From the NCBI GenBank assembly GCA_050246755.1, contig JBFWVL010000001.1:832001-896000 (forward strand): a DNA stretch of 64,000 nt, written 5' to 3'. The position numbers were made by a program, and so were the translations under genes. This DNA is from Bacteriovoracia bacterium. Lineage in GTDB: Bacteria; Bdellovibrionota; UBA1018; CAIPTA01. Under the pieces are notes generated by a model that had not been told where the DNA came from, did no database searches, and saw only the letters and a list, made by a program, of their open reading frames with translations. Positions within the stretch are counted from its first letter, which is position 1, and each line of letters begins with the position of its first letter. Of this stretch, positions 8,731 through 17,722 are shown piece by piece.

Positions 8731-9318
8731 ATGAAATATTTGCTCGCGTTAGCCCTAGCCCTTTCTCTCCCCCCTCTCGCCCAAGCGGCCAAAACAGAAA
8801 AGTGGAGCGTGGATCCTTCTTCCTCGAGCGTGAACTGGGACGCCACGAAGATCGGCGGCAGCCATCAAGGCAGCGTGAAAATAAAATCGGGAGCTTTGAC
8901 CACCGACAAGGCGGGACTTGCGGGCGGAGAATTCCTAGTGGACATGAACTCGCTCGCCATCACCGACGGCACCAGCGAAGAGATGAAGAAAAAACTCGAT
9001 GCCCATTTGCGTAGCGATGATTTTTTCTCCGTAGAAAAAAATCCCACCGCCGCGATGAAAATTACCAAAGTGGGGCCGATGAAAGACGGCAAACAAGAAG
9101 TGAGCGGCAATCTCACCATCAAAGGCATCACCAAGCCGATTAGTTTTCCGGCTACCATCACGAATGATGGCAAAGGCCTAAACGCGAAGGCCGAGTTCCA
9201 AGTAGATCGTACGGCCTACGATATTAAGTATCGTTCGCTTAAATTCTTTTCTGACCTTGGCGATAAAGTAATTCACGACAAATTCACCCTGAAAGTGGAC
9301 CTCAACGCCAAGAAGTAG
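8731..9318 (+). CDS. yceI: YceI family lipid/polyisoprenoid-binding periplasmic protein
   Basis: LDAHLRSDDFF and GNLTIKGITKPI motifs; signal peptide. Confidence 0.92.
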   Translation: MKYLLALALALSLPPLAQAAKTEKWSVDPSSSSVNWDATKIGGSHQGSVKIKSGALTTDKAGLAGGEFLVDMNSLAITDGTSEEMKKKLDAHLRSDDFFSVEKNPTAAMKITKVGPMKDGKQEVSGNLTIKGITKPISFPATITNDGKGLNAKAEFQVDRTAYDIKYRSLKFFSDLGDKVIHDKFTLKVDLNAKK

Positions 9319-9443
9319 CATTTTAAGCGACCTGAAGCCGCAAAGCGTTAGATTTCGCGGGTTTCTAGGTTCAAAGGATTGACCTCAGGCTAAGCCCATG
9401 ATTATATGGAACTTGCTGCGGCGCACTAATCCGGAGTGGGTCT

Positions 9444-10760
9444 TTGATACTTCGAACTTTGACATCCCAAGCTATTTTTCTCGTGGGTGCTTGCCTCTTG
9501 ATGGCGGCCGACCAAGTGCCGAGCTCCGCCCCGATGCCCACCGTCTCCTCCACCCTTCTCGAAAACCGCCTAAGCTGGTGCCACCGCAATTCTTCCCAGG
9601 AAAGAGGCTGCATGGCGGCGCTCCAGTACATGGAAGACGACCTCCCCGAAACCCTTCGTGCCGAAGCCAAAAAGCTCACCGGTGAAACCACCGAGGCTCG
9701 CTTCCAAGGCCTGCGTCGCCTGCTGCAAAGCACCGGCAAACCGGAAAGCGCTTGGGTAACTGGTGCGCTTAACGCCTGGATCGTAACCCTCGATCTCCAC
9801 GCAAAAATTTTGGTGGTGAAAGAAAAAGAAAAGAGCCTCGCCGACGATCGCATCGTTGTTCAGGGCGCTGGCGCTAAGCTCAGGTTCATCGATGGCCGTG
9901 TGCTTGTGGGGTATATCATCGAAGGCTCCGGCGCCGCCAACGCGGGGCTTCGCGCGGGCGATGAACTGCTCACCGTGAACGGCCTCGCAATGAAGGGCCT
10001 CAGCACCACCGTAAAAAGAAATTTCTTTCGCGAGCTCAAAGCTCCCTACCGCCTCGAAGGGCGCCGCAATGACGTTCCCTTTTCAGTTACGGTGGAGGAG
10101 AAACGCTTCGTATTGCCGAACGTGGAGCGCCGCCTCGAGCTCGGGCTGGGCACGATCCGGATCCGTACTTTCGACAAAGACGATAGTTGCGAAGAAGCAC
10201 GCAAAGCCATCGCCTTCCTGGAAAATGCCGGCGCCCAGCGCCTCGAATTGGATTTACGCGATAATCCCGGCGGGCTCGTGAGCGAGGCTCGCTGCGTGGC
10301 TGGCCTCCTCCTCGGCAAAGGCCAACCTTTCGCCAGCCTCAAGAAGCTCGAAAACCCCGAGCTCCAGGGATTTCTCCCCTCCACCATTTCCGGAAACGGA
10401 ATCGGCGGGCAGAGCGACGTAACGCTGAAAACGGAAGAAGAAAAAATCACGAGCCTTCCGCTTAGTGTGCGCATCAACCAAAATACCGCGAGCGCCGCGG
10501 AGATGCTGGCCGCCGCGCTTCAAGACGAAAAGCGAGCGAAAGTACTAGGCTCTCGTTCCTTCGGAAAAGGATCGATGCAGTCGGCCTTTCATCCTTGGGA
10601 CGACCGCGAGCTTTACCTCATGCGCACTACGCACTTAATCATTCGCCCCTCGGGCAAAAAAATTCAGTACGCCGGAATCACGCCGGATCTCATTCTGGAG
10701 AATGCCGAGGGGAAAAATTTCCCCCGCGAGCAAAATCTCACTCCTGACGCAATGAACTAA
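9444..10760 (+). CDS. S41 family C-terminal processing peptidase with a PDZ domain
   Basis: PDZ segment AGLRAGDELLTVNG; LDLRDNPGG, TASAAE and SFGKGS motifs; start uncertain. Confidence 0.88.
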   Translation: MILRTLTSQAIFLVGACLLMAADQVPSSAPMPTVSSTLLENRLSWCHRNSSQERGCMAALQYMEDDLPETLRAEAKKLTGETTEARFQGLRRLLQSTGKPESAWVTGALNAWIVTLDLHAKILVVKEKEKSLADDRIVVQGAGAKLRFIDGRVLVGYIIEGSGAANAGLRAGDELLTVNGLAMKGLSTTVKRNFFRELKAPYRLEGRRNDVPFSVTVEEKRFVLPNVERRLELGLGTIRIRTFDKDDSCEEARKAIAFLENAGAQRLELDLRDNPGGLVSEARCVAGLLLGKGQPFASLKKLENPELQGFLPSTISGNGIGGQSDVTLKTEEEKITSLPLSVRINQNTASAAEMLAAALQDEKRAKVLGSRSFGKGSMQSAFHPWDDRELYLMRTTHLIIRPSGKKIQYAGITPDLILENAEGKNFPREQNLTPDAMN

Positions 10761-10812
10761 ACTTGCCTTAGTGGCCCAATTCGGGGAAAGTGGAGCCTCT
10801 TTAGGGGGTTCT

Positions 10813-11724
10813 ATGCTTAGTTTAAATCTTCAAGGCAAACTCGCACTCGTGGCCGGCGTGGCCGACGACCAAGGCTACGGCTGGGCAATGGCTAAGGCGC
10901 TGAAAAAAGCGGGGGCTAAAGTGATCATCACTACCTGGCCGCCAGCCCTGAATATTTTGCGCATGTCGCTCGAGCGCGGCAAGCTCGATACCGACCTTGG
11001 AGACGGCGACGGCCAGCTCACCTTCGAAAAAATTTATCCGCTCGATGCGATGTTCGACCAAATGGCCGACGTACCCGAAGATATCCGCACCAACAAACGC
11101 TACCAAGATCTTGGCGACTATACGATCCGCGGCCTCCGCGACCTCATCGAAAAAGATTTCGGCGTCGATCAACTCAACATCGTGATGCACTCTCTCGCCA
11201 ACGGCCCCGAAGTGCAGAAGCCGCTCATCGATACCTCCCGGGCCGGCTATCTCGCCGCTAACTCCGCGAGCGCCTACTCCTTCGTGAGCATGGTCCGCCA
11301 CCTCTCGCCCATCATGCAAAAGGGCGGAAGCTTCCTCGCGCTCTCCTATATGGCCGCCGAAAAAGTAATTCCGGGCTACGGCGGCGGCATGAGCTCCGCG
11401 AAAGCTGCCCTCGAAAGCGATACCCGCCTCCTGGCCTTCGAAGCCGGCCGCCGCCATGGCCACCGCGTGAACACGATCAGCGCCGGCGCCCTCGCTTCCC
11501 GCGCCGCCAAGGCCATTGGCATGATCCAGAACATGATCACCTATGCCGAGCACAACGCTCCTATTCAGTCTCCGCTCCAAGCAGAAGACGTGGGCAATAC
11601 CGCGGCCTTCTTGGCTTCCGATCTCGCCAAGGGAATCACGGGCAGCGTGGTGTACGTGGACAAAGGAATGCACGCCATGGGTATGGCGGTTCCACCTTCG
11701 TATACCGAAACGGGAATGAATTAA
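10813..11724 (+). CDS. fabI: enoyl-ACP reductase, plant/Chlamydia-type FabI
   Basis: AGVADDQGYGWA, HSLANGPEV and YGGGMSSAKAALESD motifs. Confidence 0.92.
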   Translation: MLSLNLQGKLALVAGVADDQGYGWAMAKALKKAGAKVIITTWPPALNILRMSLERGKLDTDLGDGDGQLTFEKIYPLDAMFDQMADVPEDIRTNKRYQDLGDYTIRGLRDLIEKDFGVDQLNIVMHSLANGPEVQKPLIDTSRAGYLAANSASAYSFVSMVRHLSPIMQKGGSFLALSYMAAEKVIPGYGGGMSSAKAALESDTRLLAFEAGRRHGHRVNTISAGALASRAAKAIGMIQNMITYAEHNAPIQSPLQAEDVGNTAAFLASDLAKGITGSVVYVDKGMHAMGMAVPPSYTETGMN

Positions 11725-11726
11725 AT

Positions 11727-12035
11727 TTAGTTAGGCTTCGGCAAGCAAGCAGTAGCTTTGCAGCCGTTCGCATCGGTAAAAGAAGATTCGACCTGCTGGC
11801 TCGAGCAAAGACCTTGGTCCGGAGCCGGGCAATACTGATCGAAGGCTTCGTCTACTTTCGTCGAGGCCGTCTTCACGCACGTTGCAACATCGCAGCCGTT
11901 CTCGTCTTTTTCTATATCCAGGCGCTCTCCGCTTCCGCAGGCCTGGTGAGAATATGCCGGGCAAGAAGTTTCCTCCTCTTGCGCAAAGGCGGCTTGAGAA
12001 ATCAGCACCGCAAAAATCGCGATCAGTACTTTCAC
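11727..12035 (-). CDS. small secreted protein with two Cys-rich repeats
   Basis: Signal peptide; two C-x7-C-x14-C-x4-C units, each containing D.NGC. Confidence 0.75.
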   Translation of the reverse strand: MKVLIAIFAVLISQAAFAQEEETSCPAYSHQACGSGERLDIEKDENGCDVATCVKTASTKVDEAFDQYCPAPDQGLCSSQQVESSFTDANGCKATACLPKPN

Positions 12036-12230
12036 GAAAATCTCCTCTTTAGCCTTTAGTATGGCTCGCCTCTATGGTTCGTCAAAATCACTCTTCCGCT
12101 AAAGCGCAAAGGGCGCTTACACGCTTCTATGTTTTTCCTAAATCACTGAAATTACGTGAGTTTTCTAAGAGACAGTTAAGCTTTCAGCTCAAAAAGCCGT
12201 TGGTAGTGGGTAACTGACGGAGGAATTTGA

Positions 12231-12527
12231 ATGTCTAAAAAGAAAAACAAGTTCGACCTCACTCATCTTGTAAAGGACGGCTACGTGAAAGAAGGCGAGA
12301 CCCTCTTTTTCGTGAGCGATCCCACAATGGCATGTGTGGTAAAAAAGATGCCAGACCACGAATACAAAGTGGATTGCAAAGGCGAAACGTTGACCGTTCA
12401 CGCCGTTTGCGTAAAGTTTCTCGGAACCGAGCCGCCGGATCATGCCTGCCGCTGGTTAAGAACCGCTAACGGAAAGACACTCTACGAATTGTGGCAGAAC
12501 AGCCTAGACGAACAACTAGCAGCGTAG
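12231..12527 (+). CDS. small RAMA/DUF4357-like domain protein
   Basis: Pattern LTHLVKDGYVKEGETLFF ... WLRTANGKTLYEL; GGAGGA RBS. Confidence 0.55.
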   Translation: MSKKKNKFDLTHLVKDGYVKEGETLFFVSDPTMACVVKKMPDHEYKVDCKGETLTVHAVCVKFLGTEPPDHACRWLRTANGKTLYELWQNSLDEQLAA

Positions 12528-12547
12528 AAGAGAAGCGATTCGGCTCC

Positions 12548-13183
12548 ATGCATCGACCTTCGGTCTGGGCAGGAGCCGTTTCCATTTTTCTTCTGCTCTC
12601 AATCGTTGCGATTCGCCTTCTGGGAGAAAAGCTCTACGACTTCCCGGTAAATCCCGGGCCAACGGAGATCCCCAAGAACAGCGCCATCGTAGTGCTCGCC
12701 GGTGGAAAATTCCGGATCGAGGCCGGCTTGGCTCTTTTTGAGGCCGGAATCGGCGACGAGCTATTCATCATCGGTGCCGGCAAGAAGGCCACTTCCTATT
12801 CCCTCGTCCGAGTAAATGCCCCCGAGCTATTGGCGAAAATTCCCGAAGAACGCTTCGCGCGCATTCAGGTGGAAACCGAATCTCGCAATACGATCGAAAA
12901 TGCGTTCGCGGTGAAAAAGCTCCTCCAGCAAAAGCCGGAATTGAAGAACTTGATTCTCATCACATCGAGCTATCATATGCGCCGGGCACAATTCATTCTG
13001 GAAAACCAAATCCACAGTGGTGTAAAAGTGATCCCCTTCACCTCTCCCAACGAGGCTATCGAGCGCAGCAATTGGTGGCACAGCTGGCTCGGAATTCAGC
13101 TCACCGTGCGGGAATACATAAAATTCCTGCTGGCCTCGTTCGTGCTGCCGAAGATTGGCGACGTCGATGTTTCTGCTCCTTAG
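12548..13183 (+). CDS. YdcF/ElyC (DUF218) family protein
   Basis: IVVLAGG, ESRNTIENA and ITSSYHMRRA motifs. Confidence 0.9.
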   Translation: MHRPSVWAGAVSIFLLLSIVAIRLLGEKLYDFPVNPGPTEIPKNSAIVVLAGGKFRIEAGLALFEAGIGDELFIIGAGKKATSYSLVRVNAPELLAKIPEERFARIQVETESRNTIENAFAVKKLLQQKPELKNLILITSSYHMRRAQFILENQIHSGVKVIPFTSPNEAIERSNWWHSWLGIQLTVREYIKFLLASFVLPKIGDVDVSAP

Positions 13184-14018
13184 CATTTTTCTGCTCACTG
13201 TCGACGGTACGGCCGAGGCCGCCGACTGCCACAAAGAATTCGCAATGCTACAGGAAAACGCTCCGACTGTTTTGGCATTCCCCTCGGACGAGGCCGGTAT
13301 TCAAAAAAATTTCGCATTCTCCTTGGAGAGCTGGGAAAAATCATTCCGGCCAAAAGCATTGAAAAAAAAGTTCATTCGTCTAGAAAAAGACGCTTGGGCC
13401 GCTCAGGAATACGCCGAATCATTCCATGCTCTCGCCGAACGGACTCGTTTGCTCTGCATGGCCCACGAAGCTTTTTCCTCGAGCCATACCGTGCCGTCAG
13501 ACCTGAAAATCTTTCTCAATTCGCTCGAGGACCTCAATCGGGCCATCAATGGCCACCAAAGGAAAGAAATCGCGGATTCTGCGCTCGCGACGGAAAAGGC
13601 TTTGGCTCAACTCGAAGAAAAAACCGAATTCAAGAAATTTGCGGCGGCCGAACCCGAATCAGTCCGGGCGCGCCTGCTGAAGAAGCAGCTCGATTTAAAA
13701 AAATTCCTGCGCACGGACCTACCGACGCCGAAGCATCTCGGCGAAGTTTCGCGCGAAGTTAGGGAGCTACTGTTGTTGAGCTTGAACGAACAAGCGATTA
13801 ACCCCTCTCCCGCCTCACGCGGCAGGTATACTTATCTACACGCCCTGGATAGAGATCTCAGCCGCATTCACGACGATTTCTTGCAGCAGGCCAGAAATCA
13901 CGAGATAGACTACGAGAACCAGCGATTGTTTTTAAACCCCATGGTTCGGGAACGTCTGGAAAAAATTGAGGAAGCGATCCGCAATACGCTCAGCTCTTCT
14001 GGCGCTCCACGGAAATAA
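13167..14018 (+). CDS. secreted alpha-helical hypothetical protein, weakly CHAD-like
   Basis: Signal peptide; helical segments FHALAERTRLL and LDRDLSRIHDD; converges on and overlaps the end of rel. Confidence 0.6.
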   Translation: MFLLLSIFLLTVDGTAEAADCHKEFAMLQENAPTVLAFPSDEAGIQKNFAFSLESWEKSFRPKALKKKFIRLEKDAWAAQEYAESFHALAERTRLLCMAHEAFSSSHTVPSDLKIFLNSLEDLNRAINGHQRKEIADSALATEKALAQLEEKTEFKKFAAAEPESVRARLLKKQLDLKKFLRTDLPTPKHLGEVSREVRELLLLSLNEQAINPSPASRGRYTYLHALDRDLSRIHDDFLQQARNHEIDYENQRLFLNPMVRERLEKIEEAIRNTLSSSGAPRK

Positions 14019-16221
14019 TCCCGTCCTTGGCTTCGAGTGAATTGATCACTTTATTGAGCTGCTCCACTCCGGTTACGAGGATCTCGAACACGCACACGGC
14101 GCGGCGATCCTTCATGGTGCGCACGCTGGCCTGGGAAATATTCACGCCCTGGGAGCTGATGGTCTGGGTCATCGAGGCGAGCATGCCCGGCTGATCCTCG
14201 CAGAACACGCGCACTTTCACCGAGCGGCGCGGGCTGGGCTTGGGCGCGCTTTCCTTGCCCTCTTTGTCCTTGGTGGGGGCGGCCACACCGGTCCAAGCCA
14301 CGTCAATCCGGCGGGCATTATCGCTGTCGAGCGCTTTTTTACAGGAAGCATGGTGCACGGTCACCCCGCGCCCGCGAGTCACGAAACCGAGGATGGGATC
14401 GCCTGGAATAGGATGGCAGCACTTGGCGAAGCGGATGAGCACGTCGCCCAAGCCGGTTACCATCACGGCGTTACGGGCTTCGCTCTTCCGCATGGCGGTG
14501 GAAATGATTTTCTGGAGGAAGCCCTTCTGCTCTTTCTCTTCCCCTTGCTTCTCGAGCAACTCGGGGGCGATCACGGCTTTGGAAATTTCCCGCGCGGTGA
14601 GCTTTCCGTAGCCGAGAGCCACGAGAATTTCTTCGTGGTTACGGTAGCCGAGCCCGCGAATGGCCTGGGCCATTTCGGGGGATTTACTGACCTTTTCCCA
14701 ATTCGTCTTGAAGCGGCGGAACTCGCGGGCGAGAATTTCTTCGCCCATCTGCTTAGCCTTAGTGCGCTCGATATGCTTGAGGAAGGCGCGGATCTTGGCG
14801 ATCGCGCGGCTGGTCTTTACGAGCTTCAGCCAATCTTTGCCGGGATGCTGAGTCGCCGACGTAAGAATTTCCACTACGTCACCCGAACGCAGGCGGTAGC
14901 GCAATGGAACAATTTTCCCGTTGATCTTCGCCCCCACGCAGCGGTGGCCCACGTCGGTGTGCACGGCGTAGGCAAAGTCGAGCGGGGTAGAACCGTGGGG
15001 GAATTCTTTTACTTCTCCCTTGGGAGTGAAAACGAAAACGTCGCCGGGATATAGATCTAGTTTCACGCTCTCGAGGAACTCCGTGGGGTCCGTGAGCGTC
15101 TTCTGGGAATCGAGGAGGCGGGAAAGCCATTCCATCTTGTTCTGGTTGGAAACGTCGGCGCGGCCTTCTTTGTATTTCCAGTGGGCGGCGATCCCGCTCT
15201 GCGCGATCTGATGCATCTCTAGCGTACGGATCTGCACTTCCATGCGCTCGTTATACGGCCCGATCACCGTGGTATGCAGCGACTGGTAATTATTAGGCTT
15301 CGCCATCGCTATATAGTCTTTAAAGCGACCCGGGATTGGTTTGTACACGGAATGGATCACGCCGAGCGCCTTATAGCACTCCGTAATATTATCGAGCACG
15401 ATCCGGAAAGCCACGATGTCGTGAATATCGTCGATATCGTTCGCGTTGCGCGACTCCATTTTTTTATAGATGGAGTAAAAATGCTTGGGCCGCCCGCTCA
15501 CTTGCCCGCGAATCCCATACTCCTTGAGATGATCCTCTACGTTCTTTAGAACTTCCTCGATATACTTTTCGCGCTCGCTCTTCTTCTTGGCCACGAGCTG
15601 CGCGAGCTTGTAGTAAACCTCAGGCTTGAGGTGGCGAAGGCAAAGATCCTCGAGTTCGGCTTTCACCCAATGAATCCCGAGACGGCCCGCCAAGGGCGAA
15701 TAAATATCTAGGGTTTCCTGGGCAATGAGCTTGCGCTTCTTCTCGGGGAGATAATCGAGAGTGCGCATATTGTGGGTGCGGTCGGCCAGCTTCACGAGGA
15801 TCACGCGGAGATCCTTCGCCATGGCCACAACCATCTTGCGGAAGTTCTCCGCTTGCTTCTCTTCGCTGGTACGGAAAGTGATCCGGGAAATTTTCGTTAC
15901 GCCGTCCACGAGCTCGGCCACCGAGCCGCCGAATTTTTGCCTGATCTCCTCGAGGGAGGTATCGGTATCTTCCACCGTATCGTGAAGAATGCCGGTGAGC
16001 ACGGAGTCCAGATCTAGGTGCAGCTCGGCCAGCAAGGCGGCCACGCCGATCGGATGCACGATGTAGGGTTCGCCGGACGAGCGGCGCTGATCGCCGTGCT
16101 TGGCGGTGGCGAACTCCACCGCCTGGCGTACCAGGGGGAGATTCACGTCCGGATAATACTCAAGCAGTTTCGTCTCGAGGTTCTGGACGGCTTCTTTTAC
16201 GGCGGGATCAACCGCTACCAA
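13990..16221 (-). CDS. rel: bifunctional (p)ppGpp synthetase/hydrolase (RelA/SpoT homologue)
   Basis: Intact HD motif LHDTVEDT; synthetase GRFKDY and YQSLHT; TGS and ACT domains. Confidence 0.97.
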   Translation of the reverse strand: MVAVDPAVKEAVQNLETKLLEYYPDVNLPLVRQAVEFATAKHGDQRRSSGEPYIVHPIGVAALLAELHLDLDSVLTGILHDTVEDTDTSLEEIRQKFGGSVAELVDGVTKISRITFRTSEEKQAENFRKMVVAMAKDLRVILVKLADRTHNMRTLDYLPEKKRKLIAQETLDIYSPLAGRLGIHWVKAELEDLCLRHLKPEVYYKLAQLVAKKKSEREKYIEEVLKNVEDHLKEYGIRGQVSGRPKHFYSIYKKMESRNANDIDDIHDIVAFRIVLDNITECYKALGVIHSVYKPIPGRFKDYIAMAKPNNYQSLHTTVIGPYNERMEVQIRTLEMHQIAQSGIAAHWKYKEGRADVSNQNKMEWLSRLLDSQKTLTDPTEFLESVKLDLYPGDVFVFTPKGEVKEFPHGSTPLDFAYAVHTDVGHRCVGAKINGKIVPLRYRLRSGDVVEILTSATQHPGKDWLKLVKTSRAIAKIRAFLKHIERTKAKQMGEEILAREFRRFKTNWEKVSKSPEMAQAIRGLGYRNHEEILVALGYGKLTAREISKAVIAPELLEKQGEEKEQKGFLQKIISTAMRKSEARNAVMVTGLGDVLIRFAKCCHPIPGDPILGFVTRGRGVTVHHASCKKALDSDNARRIDVAWTGVAAPTKDKEGKESAPKPSPRRSVKVRVFCEDQPGMLASMTQTISSQGVNISQASVRTMKDRRAVCVFEILVTGVEQLNKVINSLEAKDGIISVERQKS

Positions 16222-16789
16222 GACCCACTTCTCTTTCTACGAGCTCGCAGAGCTCGCCAAAACTTTTCTGCAAATCCTTATTCACGATCTGATGGTCAAA
16301 TCGTTTCGCGTGCTCAATCTCATCGCGGGCTGCTTGAAGCCGGGCCTGAACTTTATCTTCCGATTCCGTGTTGCGCGACCGCAGCCTTTGCTCGAGCTCC
16401 TGCATGCTCGGCGGAAGAATAAATACGCTCAAACAGCGCTCACCAAAATACTTCTTGAGGCTGTCTACGCCTTGCACGTCCACATCAAGTAAAACCACCT
16501 TGCCCGCGCTCACCTGAGCCTCCAGGAATGCCTTACTGGTGCCGTAGCATTGCCCGTGCACCTCGGCCCACTCCACTAGTTCTTGCTTGCGCACGAGATC
16601 GTCGAAGCGAGCACGGTCCACGAAATGATATTCTATACCATTTTTTTCATTTCCGCGTGGAGCCCGGGTCGTGAAAGAGATCGAAAGCGCGGTCTCGGGG
16701 TACTTATCGAGAAGCATACGGCAAAGCGTGGTTTTTCCGCCCCCGCTCGGAGCCGCTAGCGCGATGAAATTTTTCTTAAAAGCCTTCAA
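16208..16789 (-). CDS. gmk: guanylate kinase
   Basis: APSGGGKTT P-loop; TTRAPRGNEKNGIEYHF; LDVDVQG. Confidence 0.97.
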   Translation of the reverse strand: MKAFKKNFIALAAPSGGGKTTLCRMLLDKYPETALSISFTTRAPRGNEKNGIEYHFVDRARFDDLVRKQELVEWAEVHGQCYGTSKAFLEAQVSAGKVVLLDVDVQGVDSLKKYFGERCLSVFILPPSMQELEQRLRSRNTESEDKVQARLQAARDEIEHAKRFDHQIVNKDLQKSFGELCELVEREVGLGSG

Positions 16790-16794
16790 TTCAC

Positions 16795-17712
16795 CTACTC
16801 CAAGTTCTGCACTTGCTCGCGTACCTTCTCGAGGGTTAGCTTCATTTCCACCACCCGGTTCGAAAGCTCGGCCTGATCGCTCTTAGCTCCGATGGTATTC
16901 ACTTCGCGGCCGATTTCCTGCGACAAAAACTCTAAGCGCTTACCTACTGATTTAGAGCTCTTGCCCGCTAGGGCATCCTCACACTGCTTCAGATGGCTAT
17001 GGAGACGATCCAGTTCCTCGGTAAGGTCGGAACGGTCCAAATAGAAAGCCACTTCCTGGTAGAGCCGGCTATCGTCTACTTTTCCTTCGATGCGCTTTAG
17101 CAGATCCTCGATTTTTCCTTGAAGCCGCTTGAAGTAACGCTCGTTCACGCCTTCTCGCTGCTTCTGGATCCAGGTCGTATGCGAAGCGATTTCGTCCAGC
17201 TCACGCTGTAAAACCAGCCCGAGCTTATTCCCTTCCGCCTCGCGCATCGCTAGCAAATTTTTGAGGGCTCCGTCGAGCGCTCGTAGGCCGAGCGTGGCCA
17301 GCTCTTCATCGGCCTCGTAACCGATCGCCTGTTCCCCGCTCACCACTCCGGGGAGCCGAAGGATGGCGGCGGCCGTTAAGCCCGCGCTGAGATTGAGCTG
17401 CTTCGCGAGCTTTTCGGTCTTGGCGGCATAGGCAGAGGCCAGGAGCTCGTCTACCACGGCCTCCACTTTTCCTTCGAGCGGCTGCACGGTGAGAGAAAGG
17501 TCCACTACGCCTCGTTGAAGTTTTTTCTCCACGGCCTCGCGAAGCTTGGGCTCAAGGAAGGCGAGGGAGCGAGGGACCTTGGGTCTTAAATCAAGAAAGC
17601 GTCCGTTCACCGAACGCAGCTCCACCGTTACGCGGAATCGCGCCCCGGCGGCGCTCTCGCGCCCGTAGCCGGTCATGGAATGCAGGCCCTGCTCTCTGTC
17701 TCGGGAACCCAT
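16795..17712 (-). CDS. yicC: YicC/YloC family endoribonuclease
   Basis: SMTGYGR, SVNGRFLD, EELDRLHSH and EIGREVNTIGAK motifs. Confidence 0.95.
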   Translation of the reverse strand: MGSRDREQGLHSMTGYGRESAAGARFRVTVELRSVNGRFLDLRPKVPRSLAFLEPKLREAVEKKLQRGVVDLSLTVQPLEGKVEAVVDELLASAYAAKTEKLAKQLNLSAGLTAAAILRLPGVVSGEQAIGYEADEELATLGLRALDGALKNLLAMREAEGNKLGLVLQRELDEIASHTTWIQKQREGVNERYFKRLQGKIEDLLKRIEGKVDDSRLYQEVAFYLDRSDLTEELDRLHSHLKQCEDALAGKSSKSVGKRLEFLSQEIGREVNTIGAKSDQAELSNRVVEMKLTLEKVREQVQNLE

Positions 17713-17722
17713 TTGACTCCGT

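Noticed and set aside
10822-11673. Long antisense ORFs opposite fabI (similar ones lie opposite rel, the 5'-nucleotidase and the metalloprotease)
   Set aside because: Shadow ORFs arising from codon bias in high-GC3 genes.
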